Part shown: positions 33,561-46,024 of the stretch, piece after piece
How the letters are laid out: the number at the start of each line of letters is the position of its first letter
How positions within the stretch are numbered: the first letter of the stretch is position 1
Assembly (NCBI GenBank): GCA_024704765.1
Contig: JAKMXF010000004.1
Span: 124,001-188,000, forward strand
DNA from: Oopsacas minuta
Taxonomy: Eukaryota; Animalia; Porifera
Direction: 5' to 3'
Length of the DNA stretch: 64,000 nucleotides
The notes under the pieces: generated by a model
Databases searched by the model: none
What the model was told of the DNA's origin: nothing
What the model saw: only the letters and a program-made list of their open reading frames with translations
Program-made: the position numbers and the translations under genes

Positions 33561-36500
33561 TTTAATCCGAACTCCAATTGTATTGCACAACATCAGTTTG
33601 GTCACAACTTGTAAGAAAAATGTTAAATTATGACAGTACCTTCAAATATCAGACAATTCGATAGTATCAATAGCTTAAATATTGCACAAAAAGCTAAATG
33701 TTATGTAGTATTTACTAAGCAGGTTGAATCGTTCTGTTAACTTCTTGAAAGCAGTGGCAACTACGACTAGAAAGAAATCGTTTTGAAAGCATTCCGTGGA
33801 ACCTAAGAAAATAGGTTTTCAACGATGCATTCCTCATCATAGATTTCCATCCGTGGTTTTCTTAGAACACGTGAAGTAGGAAACTCTGGTGACACTGAAA
33901 TTTCTTCTGCAAGCACTTTTGCTATAACAATCGATTCATCAAAACTAGATTGTTTGCAAGAAATAAGTTTATCAGTTGTTCTTTTTAGTAGTTCAGCAAC
34001 TAACTCAATATGGCAATCAACACTTCGCATCTGTTTGCTCACCAAATTAGTATCGAAAAGTATATCATACCAGATGACAACTGAGAACAAAAATTTGAAT
34101 TACTTAAGTAGATCAGTAATACTTCTTGCCTCAGAATAAACCTTCGGATCCTTTGCTGTTTCCCTTAGTTGGATAATGCCTTTAGAATTTGTTTAATTAG
34201 GAATCTAACAGATTTAATGCTTTCCATTTTGCTTTCCCACTGAGGATCAGACAAAGGATTATGAGAATTGTTTACATAAGATTTCAGAATTGCCCATCTA
34301 GTCGTAGAAGCAACAATAATATTATATAACATGTGAATAACTCCATAAAAGTTTATTCCCCAATAAGATGACATGCATTACATAGAACAAAGTTCAAAAA
34401 GTGACAACCACAAGGAACATAGAAAGCCCTACTATTCAAGCTAAGGAGTCGAGCAAGTAGACCTTTATTCTGACCTCGTATATTTGCACCATTATCGTAT
34501 CCTTGGCCACGACAATCTGCGAAGTTTATTTCCCTGTCTTGTAAAACTGAAGAACTGTCTCAGCCAAGTATTCTACAGTGCTTTCTTGAGCAATCAAAAA
34601 TCCCATAAAGTGTTCACGTATAGAGACGGAACTATCAATACAAGCTACGAATCTTTTAATGATGGATAGTTGCTCTTGGTTACTTATTTCTTGTGAACAG
34701 TCAAGAATAATAGAGTAATACTTGTTACGCATCATGCTTGCAATAAGGTAATCAGAAACGACTATTGGCATTCGGCTAATAAGTTCATTTTTATAGTATA
34801 TGAATAAGATAGTGATGATTTCATTCTTTGGATAAAAACCTTCTCACATGATCATACATTGTTGAGTCAAACTTTGCTTAAAACTCGACTTGTGCCAAGA
34901 GGTTCCCGTTTGAGGGAGTATAAAGCGTATCAGAAGAACCCCTAAAGCCTGAGTTTGACCAGACAAAAGAAGCACTATAGTAATGAGATGTTCCAAAACA
35001 CCAGTCAGATGTATTCTTTCCATTTCTAGAAGTGTTTGTGTTGTCTTATCTATTGTTATGTTCTTACGAAGTCTGTTATCTAACTCAATCCACGATATCA
35101 TGCTTTTACATGTGTTTGAGTATATTCGTGATCACCTAAGGTTTTATGGATATAATGCCACGAATTGAATCCACTTATAATCAGCATCCTTTTACTATTA
35201 GAATTGAATAGTTTAGAACAGAAATAGTAGACAGCAACAATACTTTAAGAATACATAAGTCAAGTACGATTTACACGCTCTTTATTTTTTACAGTTCTGA
35301 AGTAGTTATCAGAGGTAAAACGCCGCTTTTTTTCCTCATCATATTTAAATGGCCCTTGGTATTGCACTGGAGGACCATTTTTCACGATATTACCGATGGT
35401 TCTATTGTCAATAGTTTCCACTCGGCAGGATCATCCATGTTAAATGAGTCTTCAAATTCATTGGGGATTGAAATTTGAGAAAAATCTTGATTGGATAACT
35501 CCAAAACAGCGTTATCTACATTTGTAGTTTCATAAAACTCATAAGAGGTTGGATCATTGAATCTAATCAACTCAAGGTCGAATCGTCTTGTTCATTGTCA
35601 GATCCAGATAGAGATATTAATTTTGAGCCAGAATCACTTCCAGATCTATTTTCAGTTTCATTAACATGTAGCGGGGAAATGACCGTTTCTGACAAAGACC
35701 GCATCTCACCATAGTCAGATGCGCAAACCTGAAATTATCTAACGTTGGAGTGTTTCGTATCAGTATTTTGGCGCTTTCCTCATTTTGTGATTTTTCTTTT
35801 CTTTTTGCTGCTCCTGATTTATAAATTCTAAATCCAGGATTTGTATCACGACCGCTCATATTCAGCAATATATAGTTTCTAATCCGTTTTATACATAAAT
35901 ATTAGCAAAAATTATAATTGGATATACTTATAAACTGAAGAAAATATGCTAACAGAATAATTGACAAAGTGATAAACATAATGACCAATGAGTATGTCTA
36001 GATTACATGTCAATGGATAATTGGGGATAATTGACAACACTTATTAGTAACTCATTATTTAATGGGCCCATTTATTTGAAGGTCCAAAGAATCTGGTGAG
36101 CCTATATATGGGCCCCCTTGAGCCAGCCCTGGATAAGATCATTACTACGTATCAGAAATGCAAGATAGGTCAGGCCCATAATGATAAACAGAGCCACTTT
36201 CAGCCCCATCAGGAGTGGCGGGATAACGCCGCCACTGGCGGTGTCTGTCAACCCAAATATTCAGATTTTTTGTATAAATGAGTTAAATAACTATTGTTGC
36301 ATATATATTCTCTAGAGTATGATTACAAGATAAATAATATACTGTGTATATATGAGCCCTATCTCAAATGCTCTTTGAGATAATTGCTCCAAATGCCATG
36401 TACCCACCCTTCTGTACATCTGATTTTGGCCACCAGAGGGGGGGAGTATTCATGACATTATGTCATATGTATGTTGCAATAATATAGATATTTAACAACC

Positions 36501-37386
36501 ATATTATGTAGTCCTTTCAATAAATGCACTATTTAAGTGTATAGAACATGGAATTTCTATTATGGTCATAGATAATAGTCATCTTTGGTGGAATACGGCG
36601 TTTCTTGTCTAGATTCATTTGAATATTTTTGGCAAGTCAAACAGCATAACTCTTAATGTATGCCAGCTAGATGCAAAAATTCAACTGTTTCAGATAGATG
36701 TCTGCATTCAAAATTGTCTCCTGTGGTTTTTCATTAAAATCTTCTTTTATTTTAAATTTTCATAATTTTGTCGTTTGATTTCATTCAATAGCCCAACCAG
36801 AATTGACTAATTCATCATATATGCTGTAATATGAAATATTAAACGAGAACATTTTCTGTTCAAGGCTTAAAGGTATATTTATGACATTATTAGAGAAATA
36901 CACAGCCAAAATTTCAGGAAAGTATCTGAGATATTGGGAGTTGAAAATTTCAAACTTTTACACAATATTATTTATGTGTACAATTATATTACATTTTGGA
37001 TTCTGCACGACGGTCCCGATTCCTTGTGAAACAGCTCAATTCCATGGTGCTTTTCAAAAAATAACGTATTGTAACCTACAGAGTCCCATAGGTTATATTT
37101 ATCACCCTTTGTCCTTCCATTGAAAATGTCTTTATTTTCCTTGTATATTTGTCACTATTGTCCATTTTTATCAAGAATTACTACTGTTTTCTACCTAGTA
37201 GTTGTGATTAGCGGCAAAATGAGTTTTTAGCCAACTCAAAATGACTTGATACTGTCCTACCGTCACTCACTAACTATATGATATGATTAATCTTGATTTA
37301 CGTAGTCTCAATATACTTGCTATTAATCTACGTGTTGTTTAATCGATCTCATTATTTCGGTGAATTTATATATTGTTGTCTTAGAC

Positions 37387-37440
37387 CAGGGATCTTCAAC
37401 CTGCGGCTCTTGTGTATGATGCTTGGGGCTCGCAGGCCAA
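37387..37440 (+). mobile_element. Solo Charlie-type hAT left end
   Basis: CAGGGATCTTCAACCTGCGGCTC preceded by tcttagac (NNNTANNN); no partner end seen. Confidence 0.45.
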
Positions 37441-37619
37441 TTATTAATGAGTCACTCATTTTGCTTATTTTGAAATGTGTTATAAGTATTTTGTAGGTAT
37501 TTTTTCAACATAATTTGCGAATATACTTAAGTAATAGCAGTTTAGTGTTTCTAAATTCTGGAAACCTTAAACATACAATATGTTACTCAAAATAAAAAAT
37601 AAAAACATCTGTATAGAAC

Positions 37620-38450
37620 TCATGGAATAGAACAATTAAAAATTTGAATACGGTTGTTCTCTTTGTCTGAAACGTAAAGCATATTATTCCGATTATTAAA
37701 GTACAAGCCAGTTGGAGAATTATCTGAGAATTGGCCTTTGCCACTACCTTTCCCTCCAAAAGTTCCAATACATTTACCATCAAAAGAAAACATTAAAAAA
37801 CTCGATGATTCGTCATCTGTAACGAAAATACAATAATGAGATACAGCGATAGACCATGGATTAAACAAATCAAATCCATACTTTGCAAATTGTACAAGAA
37901 TGTCTCCAGAAAATGAGTATATATGTATACAATATGGACTCTCATCAAGGATAACGATTCTGGAAGAATTCTGAATACAAATATCTCTAGGACAACAGAG
38001 ACCTTGGCAAAAAACCTTGACAAAATGAAATTCACAATCAAATAACTGAATACGATTATTACCAGAATCTGCAATATATAAGTGTCGAGAAATGCTTTCA
38101 AAAGCTAGACCTGTAGGATTATCAAACTGTCCGGAAGAATTTCCGAATGTTCCGATTGTATAAATGTTTCCTCCTGTGTGAGAATAGACCTTCACAACAT
38201 TCCCAAGTATGTCTGATATAAAAAGATGTAAGGTAGAAACAGCTAAGCCCCAAGGAAGTATACAATCTCTAATTTCACAAACAAGATCCTCATTTGAAGA
38301 TAAAACATAAATAGATTTAAGTGTACTATTATGAACAATATGTCCTCCGGTCTCAGTGCAAACTATTGAATCTGGACCATACAAATGTTTATGGATTATC
38401 TTAATAGGTGTCAATATTGACTTTGGGGATATTGTAAACTCTTCCGCCAT
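37620..38450 (-). CDS. Stand-alone NHL-repeat (six-bladed beta-propeller) protein, 276 aa
   Basis: Intact ORF with NHL repeats: GQFDNPTGLAF...LYIADSGNNRIQLF; PRDICI; PWSIAV; GSGKGQF...PTGLYF...LYVSDKENNRIQIF. No RING or B-box in this ORF. Confidence 0.92.
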   Translation of the reverse strand: MAEEFTISPKSILTPIKIIHKHLYGPDSIVCTETGGHIVHNSTLKSIYVLSSNEDLVCEIRDCILPWGLAVSTLHLFISDILGNVVKVYSHTGGNIYTIGTFGNSSGQFDNPTGLAFESISRHLYIADSGNNRIQLFDCEFHFVKVFCQGLCCPRDICIQNSSRIVILDESPYCIHIYSFSGDILVQFAKYGFDLFNPWSIAVSHYCIFVTDDESSSFLMFSFDGKCIGTFGGKGSGKGQFSDNSPTGLYFNNRNNMLYVSDKENNRIQIFNCSIP

Positions 38451-38944
38451 AGATGTGAATTAGTAAAAATTTGGTAAAATATCTAAGAAAAATGAAATGT
38501 ACAACTACGAATTGAAATTTCATGATATAAAAATATAAAATGACAATCTTTCCAAACAGCTTAGTCTATTAATTACATATATTAACAGTGGCACTATAAA
38601 TTGGTGGAACCTTAAAAGATTAGAATTAATCCCAATACACACAGTGCCTCCCATTAATAGCGCCACTTTTAAAGTAAGAAAATAAATAAAGTCGGCACAG
38701 GTTGAAGTTTTATATTTTGTGCTCGCTCCGCTCGGATATACAATCCATAAAACATTATATTTACTATTTACTATGATTATCTAGTCCATTAATGATCACT
38801 TTGTTTGAAGGAATTATCGGTTGTCCAAATAATTTTAATTAAAAGAGATTACTGGAGGAAATTTGATCGGTGTCAAATTCAGAATTAGCGTTTAAAACAT
38901 CTTTACAATTATCCAATGGGTACCCCTCAACCTGACGAATTGGC

Positions 38945-39170
38945 TGACGTCATGTTTCTGACCCAAGCTAACTCATCAGGATTTATTTAGGCATCAGGAC
39001 TGTACCTAAAAATGTAATTTTTGCAAATTTCGAAAAAGTGCGGAATTTCGTAATACCCAAGACACAAAGTGCCGAGATTACTAACCAAAAGCGACATAGT
39101 ATCTTCACTGTCACCCTAGAATGCCAGTCAATGTAATTTCGATGAACCATGGACAATAATAAATTAAAAT
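38945..39170 (+). repeat. Unclassified dispersed repeat X, copy 2 (partial)
   Basis: cacaaagtgccgagattactaaccaaaagcgacatagtatcttcactgtcacc matches copies 1 and 3. Confidence 0.75.
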
Positions 39171-39215
39171 GGGGAACATGCACATGTCAGAATTTACTGT
39201 TTTGATTCGGATGTT

Positions 39216-39430
39216 TAGTTCTGTACTTGTCAAAATCGGTTTTCTGGAGTTCTGTACTTGTCAGAATCGGTTGTTTAGAGTTTTGCACTTGTCAGAATCC
39301 GTCTTTTGAGTTCTGAATTCTGCACTTGTCAGAATGGATATTTTAGAGTTCTGTACTTCTCAGAATTGATATTTTAGAGTTCTGCACTTGTCGGAATTGG
39401 TTTCTTAGAGTTCTGCACTTGTCAGAATGG
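39216..39430 (+). repeat. 30-bp tandem array in left MULE TIR (about 7 units)
   Basis: Unit approximately agagttctgcacttgtcagaatcggttgttt. Confidence 0.9.
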
Positions 39431-39652
39431 GATTTCAGAATCCTTCAATTGACTGTTTACTTATGTCATAAATATTCATTTCATGATAAATTTTCACTAA
39501 ATAGTTTCGTGTTTGTCCATTGTCGCTTACTGTAAACACTCTGGCCAATTATGTGTGTATATTACATTACTTTGACATCACATTAATTCTACATTACTAA
39601 CTCTCTATAAAGGATGATCTTTTAAGGAAGTTGTAATTAATTCAAACAACTT

Positions 39653-41204
39653 ATGGAATATACTTTAGAAGAGTACAAATGTTGCAAGGGAAAGGTCTTC
39701 TCCACTGAGGATTGTCATAAATGTGTCAGGTGCAAAATTAGCGGTGATTACATCTATCTAAAGTGCGCATTATTTAGGGAAAGTTGTAAAGGAACTGGAA
39801 GACTTAATACACAACAAATGTGATTACTTCTTTACGAGGGCATAATCATCAAATAGAAGACTATAAAACATATCTACCGATTAAAAACAAAGTGCAAAAC
39901 ACCTGCAAAGTACGCTCAAAAAATCCGAGGAGTCTTCGATGACGCAACAAGAACCGACCCCGGTGCACGCGAAATTTCCTTTCCCGAATGCGAATCAGCA
40001 ATGTACCGTTCGAGAAGAATGCTACATGCAAAAATCCCTTTGACTGCACAAGAATTTTGCGAAATGTTGCCAACTACAACTTTTTTGAGAATTTCACCAA
40101 TGTTCAGTACCATCTGGTACTGATACTGGTGTCGTTTTCTTTTCCAACAAGATGAGTATTTTGTTAGCTGTGGTGACCAACATACAATTTGATTGTACAT
40201 TTAACCATACCTACTCAATTCTGTCAGTTATGGACCATTTTTGTAGCTGTAGAAAGACACACCTTACCTGCAATACATTGCCTCATGACTGCGAAAGTCA
40301 AGATCTATATAAAGGAGTGTCAGAAAGTATCAGTGCGAAAAATTCCTCAGTTTAAGCCTGTAGCTTCGATGTTTGATTGGGAACTTACAACTAGGAATGC
40401 AATAAAGGAAATGTATCCTCTAATAACCATCTATGTTTGTTGGTTTCCCTACACACAATGTATATGGACGATAATACTGAAGCTCGGGCTCAGCAATGCA
40501 TTCAAAAACAACATTCAAATCCAGATTTTTGTGAGACAACTGATGGCCATCCCTTTTCTTCCAGTTCTCTCATCATCCCCACTTAAAATTTTCTCCAATT
40601 ACCGAGAGTAAGCGATGAAGAAATATGTACAACACAAAGCATTGGATTAGACAAATAATCTCAGATGAACTCTCCATCAATGAGCTTAATAAGTTACCAT
40701 TCTAAACTAAAATCTATTATAAGGACTAGTCATCCTAGGAGATGGACATTTATGGCGACTCTCAACGATATTATACGGGATACTGACAATGATATCGGTG
40801 GCTTGCGCCTAGGTAGAGAGTTAAGTAGGCTAAGGAAGAAAGTCGATATCAAAAATGATGTACAACGGAGTATATGTAAGGAAAAGTTGCATGATGGTGC
40901 TTACACTCCATGGGAATTTATTCGAGCCATTAGTCAAACAATTGGTCACATCAAAGCTGAAAATACTAACGATACTGAGGATACACTATCCTCCAGCGAT
41001 TCTGAATATGAGAATGATGAAATTGTCCTGTCAGGGAAGAGCTGCGTAGTTTGCCCTTCAATACGTACAGCAACCTAGATTTTTATGCCATGTCGACATG
41101 CAAACTGTAGTACAGAGTGTAGTGCTAGAATTTATGAACTAGGTCAGTCATGCCCTGGGTGCCGCTCGGAAATAGAAACAATATTTCAGATATTTACTAG
41201 TTAA
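39653..41204 (+). pseudogene. MULE transposase with N-terminal C2H2-type (FLYWCH-like) finger and C-terminal RING finger
   Basis: YLKCALFRESCKG...HNH; QF(D)xTF; ASMFDWE; VCWF(P)YTQC; YHSKLKSIIRTSHPRRW; acidic linker; CVVC...PCRH..CSTEC...CPGC, with one in-frame TAG at 41076-41078. Confidence 0.9.
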
Positions 41205-41309
41205 CTTCATAGTTACTTTTACTTGGTACTACAGTTCATTTTTCTAACCATTCATAAAATCCAACATTGTTGTCAAAACCTTAATTCTGAAATCCAATTC
41301 CAAGAAATC

Positions 41310-41485
41310 AGAACTCTAGAAAACTAATTCTGACAAGTGCAGAACTCTAACAACCGATTCTGACAAGTGCAGAACTCTAAATTATCCATTTGACAAATAC
41401 AGAACTCTAACAATCGATCCTGACAAGTGCAGAATTCTAAATATCCATTCTGACAAGTGCAGAATTCTAAAAACCGATTCTGACA
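41310..41485 (-). repeat. 30-bp tandem array in right MULE TIR (about 6 units)
   Basis: Unit approximately agaactctaacaaccgattctgacaagtgc, the reverse complement of the left array. Confidence 0.9.
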
Positions 41486-42185
41486 CAATTAGAATAGTAA
41501 ATTCTGACATGTGCAGCTCCCCCAATTAAAATTTCTAAAATATACATCCCCGAGGCACATGGTGCGAGTTTATCCCATCGTGTAGCGACCAAAAGCATGA
41601 AGAAAAGTAGCTGATAATACTTAGGTGTTGCATTCTATATACTAAGGCAATGGTGATCAATGAAAGATTTATACCATGGATTGATTAAATACTTCAATGT
41701 TCGTATAGGAAATTATATTCGTCGTGATAAATTCAAATGGTACATTTTGACCCGAATAAATTTACGATTGATATTTGACAATTCATAAATTCTATATTTA
41801 CAAAGTATTTCAGGGCCGAAATTCCGTCTCCTACTTACTTGGCAATTATGATAAAGAATGCTCTAATGCGAAAATGCTATTATCAGATAAATAGAAAAGT
41901 TATGGTTTCAAACTATGGGATCTAATTATGGTTCCGCACAATATTTAAATTTGCATTGGGGGATAGCTTAACCATCCTGTACAAGAAACGTATGAGAGAT
42001 ATTTCAGAGAACAAATCTTTAGCATTGCTTCATTTATTTATTCAATGAACTCTTTCTGTTCAGCGGATGGGATGGAATCAACATTTACGTTTAAAGGATT
42101 TCTGGTAAGCTTGAATATTTTATCACCCTAATCTCAAAATAGGAATGAAATTCTTGTATTTGTACTTTTAAGTGCTCCAGAAAGG

Positions 42186-45100
42186 GGTACAACTATAGTA
42201 ATGCATACTTTGATGAAAATGGGTTTAAATGAAGATGTGGTTATTTGTAATGTGGTAGTACTAGAAAATAATGAAGATAGGTGAAAAGAATGCAACAATC
42301 GGTCAAGAATTGGGAAAGTTACACTACTTTTCATTTATATTGAAGGAAGCCAAAAACAATACTAATTTTAGCATTACAGAATGCTTATACTATGTGCATA
42401 TTATTTCGTTATGGGGATGATCAAAGTTTACCATGAGTAAATAGTTATACTATTTTAACGTATTCATATATGTCGAATTGCTGAGTAATTAGTTGTATAT
42501 ACTACGGGTGTTCAATAAGTTCTGATGACTGCCCCAAAAGTATGTTGTACACAAACAATCAGTGTATAATTTTTTCGAAATCCTCCCCACCATTATTTAT
42601 ACAGCGTTGAAGACGCTCCAACTATTGTACAAAAATATTCTTAGAGTCTTCCGGCGGTATCCGTTTGAGATACTGGAAAATCGGCGATCCCAGTTCTGCA
42701 CTGTTGCTAAAATGACGACCAGAGAGGTATTCCTTAAGCTTAGGGAAGAGATAGAAATCACAAGGAGCTAGATCTGGGCTGTAGGGTGGATGTTCAAGCC
42801 CAAGCATCCCCATCCCTAAGATTTTTCTTTGACTTGCTTGGTTTTGTGAGGACGGGCATTATCATGTAATAATCTCAACCCTTTAGCACCAGTCCTTTTT
42901 CTCCTCTTCAACAAGCTTTCTTCCACTGCACCAAGACAATTGGTGTAGAAGCTTCCAGTAACAGTTTGTCCCTTTGGAATTATCACCTGGGCAACTGAGC
43001 CATGTGCATCAAAAATATGCAATACATGATCCTTGGTGATCTGAAACCTGGACGCGGTATCATCGGAGGGTCCGACTGCTTTCCTATCAACACCTTATTT
43101 GCCTGTTTGGAAAAAGGTGTGTTATACTGAACCCATGTTTCATAACCAGTCACTATCTCAAATACTCTTCGCGGGTCGCATTCTTTGTAGGATTTAAGGA
43201 GATTACGATAACATCCCGCCCTTGTCTCTTTCTGGGCCTTGTGAGTAAATGTGGGACTCATCTAGCACAAACTTTCGTCAACTTGAGCTGTGATCTTAAA
43301 ATGTGGTCTACACTTCCCATCGAGATGCCAACACTGTTAGAAAGTTCCCTGGTAGTTATATGTGGGTCTAGGTCTATCAGTTTCTTGATAGCGCACGATT
43401 TAATGGGAGATGCAGCCGTAATTGGTGCTCCAGGCCGAGGGTCATCTTCGATAGGCTTTCTTCCCAGCCTGAAACGCTGAGCCCATCTTCTGACTCCTGC
43501 ATAAGACAGAACACCTTTCGCAGTATAGACTTGGACCAAATCAAGATGTATCTCGTGTGCAGATTTCCCGAGGAGAGTACGAATCTTGACCTAAGCTCTT
43601 TGCTCGATTTTAGAATTCTTGCCAAGTGATGTCATAAATGTAGAGTATAAAAAACACCTGTTGTAAATTTGATATAACTTGTTGAGTTTTAAGCGATGAT
43701 GAAAAATCAATGCTAGCTTGTGGACAGAGGATTAAGTATCCATATTCAAATATCAATATATTATTGTTGTGTTATAAATCCCCACAGTAACACAGTGATC
43801 AGAATTTATTGAACGCCCATAGTAATAAAGGTGTAATAAGATAGATAATAAAGTGAACAATTCACACTACTGGGTAATGCTTTCTAATTGCTGCAATTAT
43901 GATTTTGAATATGTTCTTTTTGTTCCTCATTCTCTAGCACGATTCTATGAGGTGTGTTTCCAATATATCAGGATTAGTTGTTTGTCCTTTCCTTAATCGC
44001 TTCTTCACAATTCCCCATTTACACTTTATTCTGTGTATGTACTTGTGTGATGGGGTCAAAGAAAATTTCCGAATGATTGACAGTCTAATGGATATAGCCT
44101 TCTGTACCCAAAATGAAGTAAGAAGCCCATTCATCAGAGCGGATAGTAGTCCCCGGAAGCACAAAATTGTTGGATAATTGGTAGGAGAGTTGCAGTACTG
44201 CGGTCTGGAACGGAAACCCTCACAACTCTATTTGCATCAATCCCGACGATACCAAATACCTACTGCCCAGTCAGGAGTCTGCCACGATTATATTCTCGTT
44301 TTCCAAACTTGGACTCGTCAAGTTCAACAATCTTCCAGGACCTTCTAATGGTTCAGGGTTTGGTAGCAGTTCTCTATGCACACATCTCTCAAGAAATTCT
44401 TCCAATCCGCTACAGTGTTAGGGCTCAACTTCAACTGTTTCTCTAAGAAAGCGTGAGATAGAAGATCTTCGCACCAATAATAGAGGAATTTGAAGAGAGA
44501 TGGGAGCGATAACTTAAAAGGCATTTTTTAAAGAAATATTCATACCTAAGCGAACATACCTTCTTGTAAACAGAACATCTCCATGCAGACGCATCCTGGG
44601 AATGACCATAATAGTCTGATACATAGTGTTTCCACTTTTGCATTTCATCTCCTGTGCCAACAGCCTATGAGATTTAGCCAATTAATTGTAGCCTCCAGAG
44701 AATGTGCCATGAATATTATATCATCGATTATCAAATCTGGAGACACAAATGGGAAAGTAGCTGGTGATAAGATCGGTCTGAAGTCCATCAAAGCACTGAT
44801 TAGAGAATTATAATATTCAAGACATTGTACTATATATTGTTTTGCAATTGGGTAGTAACGTACGTGGCTAATGGAATGTATCACATTGCAGGTTATTGGG
44901 CAGGAAGGTATTTAGGACTAATTAGTATTATCAACACATTGCTTGCATGATCAATAGATTAATTTAAAATTCATTTCCATTGATGTATATTCATTACCAT
45001 GTACATACATTGTTAATTCAATGTACAAAGATGGTGTATAATTATTTACTTATGGTAAACTTGTAGTTCATCATAATCATTGTAATCATCCCCAGAACGA

Positions 45101-45319
45101 AAATAATAGGTACATAGTACAAGCATTTTGTAATGCTGAAATTAGTACTGTTAGGCTTCCTTCAATATAAATGAAAAGTAGTGTAACTTTCTCAATTCTT
45201 GACCGATTGTTGCGTTCTTTTCGCCTATCTTCATTATTTTCTAAGTATTACCACTCTAGAATAACCATATCTTCAGTTAAACCAATTTTCACCAAGGTAT
45301 GCAGTACTATAGTTGTACT
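42186..45319 (-). mobile_element. Merlin (IS1595/ISXO2-like) transposon with ~270-bp TIRs
   Basis: Perfect 8-bp TSD cagaaagg (42178-42185, 45320-45327). Arms about 42186-42455 and 45035-45319 start GGTACAACTATAG. Transposase about 44880-43900: WRC, IVELDESKFGKREYNRGR, PDRSTATLLPII, IRSDEWASY, TVNHSENF. Confidence 0.92.
42505..43819 (-). mobile_element. mariner (DD34D) nested in Merlin
   Basis: TIR (C/T)GGG(T/C)GTTCAATAA(G/A)TTCTGAT, TA TSD. Motifs VTG(Y)ETW, LLHDNARPH, HPPYSPDLAPCD. Confidence 0.95.
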
Positions 45320-46024
45320 CAGAAAGGCTCCTTTTGTGTCTGAATCTAAGGGCTTTTCTTTTCTAAAAGGTACACATCCAAAGTGTGAAATTGATCGTAT
45401 ATTCCGTTCCTAATTTGGCTAGCCCACAACTCCAATTTCATTAAGAATGCGTTGACCTTATCCACCAAATCAAGCACTGCACTTTCTTTCCATTACATCG
45501 ATAAGTTTGGTAAATTCAGTCGAGGAAAGATGTCGACGAGGTAGCAAGTTCAAAGCTCCGCTCTTCAATATTCAATTGAAATAGCATGTGTAGATATATC
45601 TGTTGGTGAACAAACTCTTGAATTTTTGCTCGTAATTCAAATACTCTTATAAAGACATTGCCTCTGGAGAGCCAACGTACATTGGCGTGAAATAGAAGGT
45701 TTCTGAACTGGCATCAGATTCTTTGCATAACTCTCGGAAGAGACGCGTATTGAATGCGCTCGTTTATCTAGTTTACCAATATAATATCTCCAGACACTAC
45801 ATCAGAATGTAGAGGAGAGTTTTTGAAGCAAGAGCATATCTATTAGGGTGTTGTGAAATATACTATTTTGCTCAATTTCTTTTGTCTGGGGTAATTTGGG
45901 GTGTGGTTGGATGTCATTTACCCAAATATATATAAACAACCTAACATTTTGATCATTTATACCATGTAACAAATTTATTTAGGTTTGAACAGTGGAAAAT
46001 GGCCTTATTTGTCCGGTTCATGAC

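Larger units (their letters stand above)
32278..36237 (-). mobile_element. hAT (Tip100/ZMYM1-like) transposon, degenerate, with nested repeats
   Basis: 14-bp TIR CAGTGGCGGCG(C/T)TA; weak TSD (5/8). ORF remnants about 35868-33650: WIELDNRL, YYSIILDCSQEISNQEQLS, STTRWAIL, WESKMES, VIWYDIL. Confidence 0.85.
39171..41523 (+). mobile_element. Mutator (MULE) transposon with tandem-repeat TIRs
   Basis: Perfect 9-bp TSD aattaaaat; termini GGGGA..TGCACATGTCAGAATTTACT; each TIR contains a 30-bp tandem array in opposite orientation. Confidence 0.96.
41950..45790 (-). pseudogene. hAT Buster (FAM200/ZBED5-like) transposase fragment split by Merlin
   Basis: FHANVRWLSRGNVFIRVFELR; LDLVDKVNAFLMKLELWASQI. 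Joining across the Merlin TSD gives DTKGAFLEHLKVQIQEFHSYF. Confidence 0.85.

Noticed and set aside
36430-36454. Candidate 5' terminus of the second P element (rc CATGAATACTCCCC...TCTGGTGGCCA)
   Set aside because: No matching opposite end or TSD was found.
37620-41204. NHL gene plus MULE RING as a split TRIM-NHL
   Set aside because: The ORFs are divergent, the RING is C-terminal and lies inside a TSD-bounded transposon, and there is no B-box or coiled coil.
42134-45413. Paralogous MKSSVTF ORFs (42134-42334 and 45171-45413) as a duplicated gene
   Set aside because: They are chance frames through the two Merlin TIR arms.
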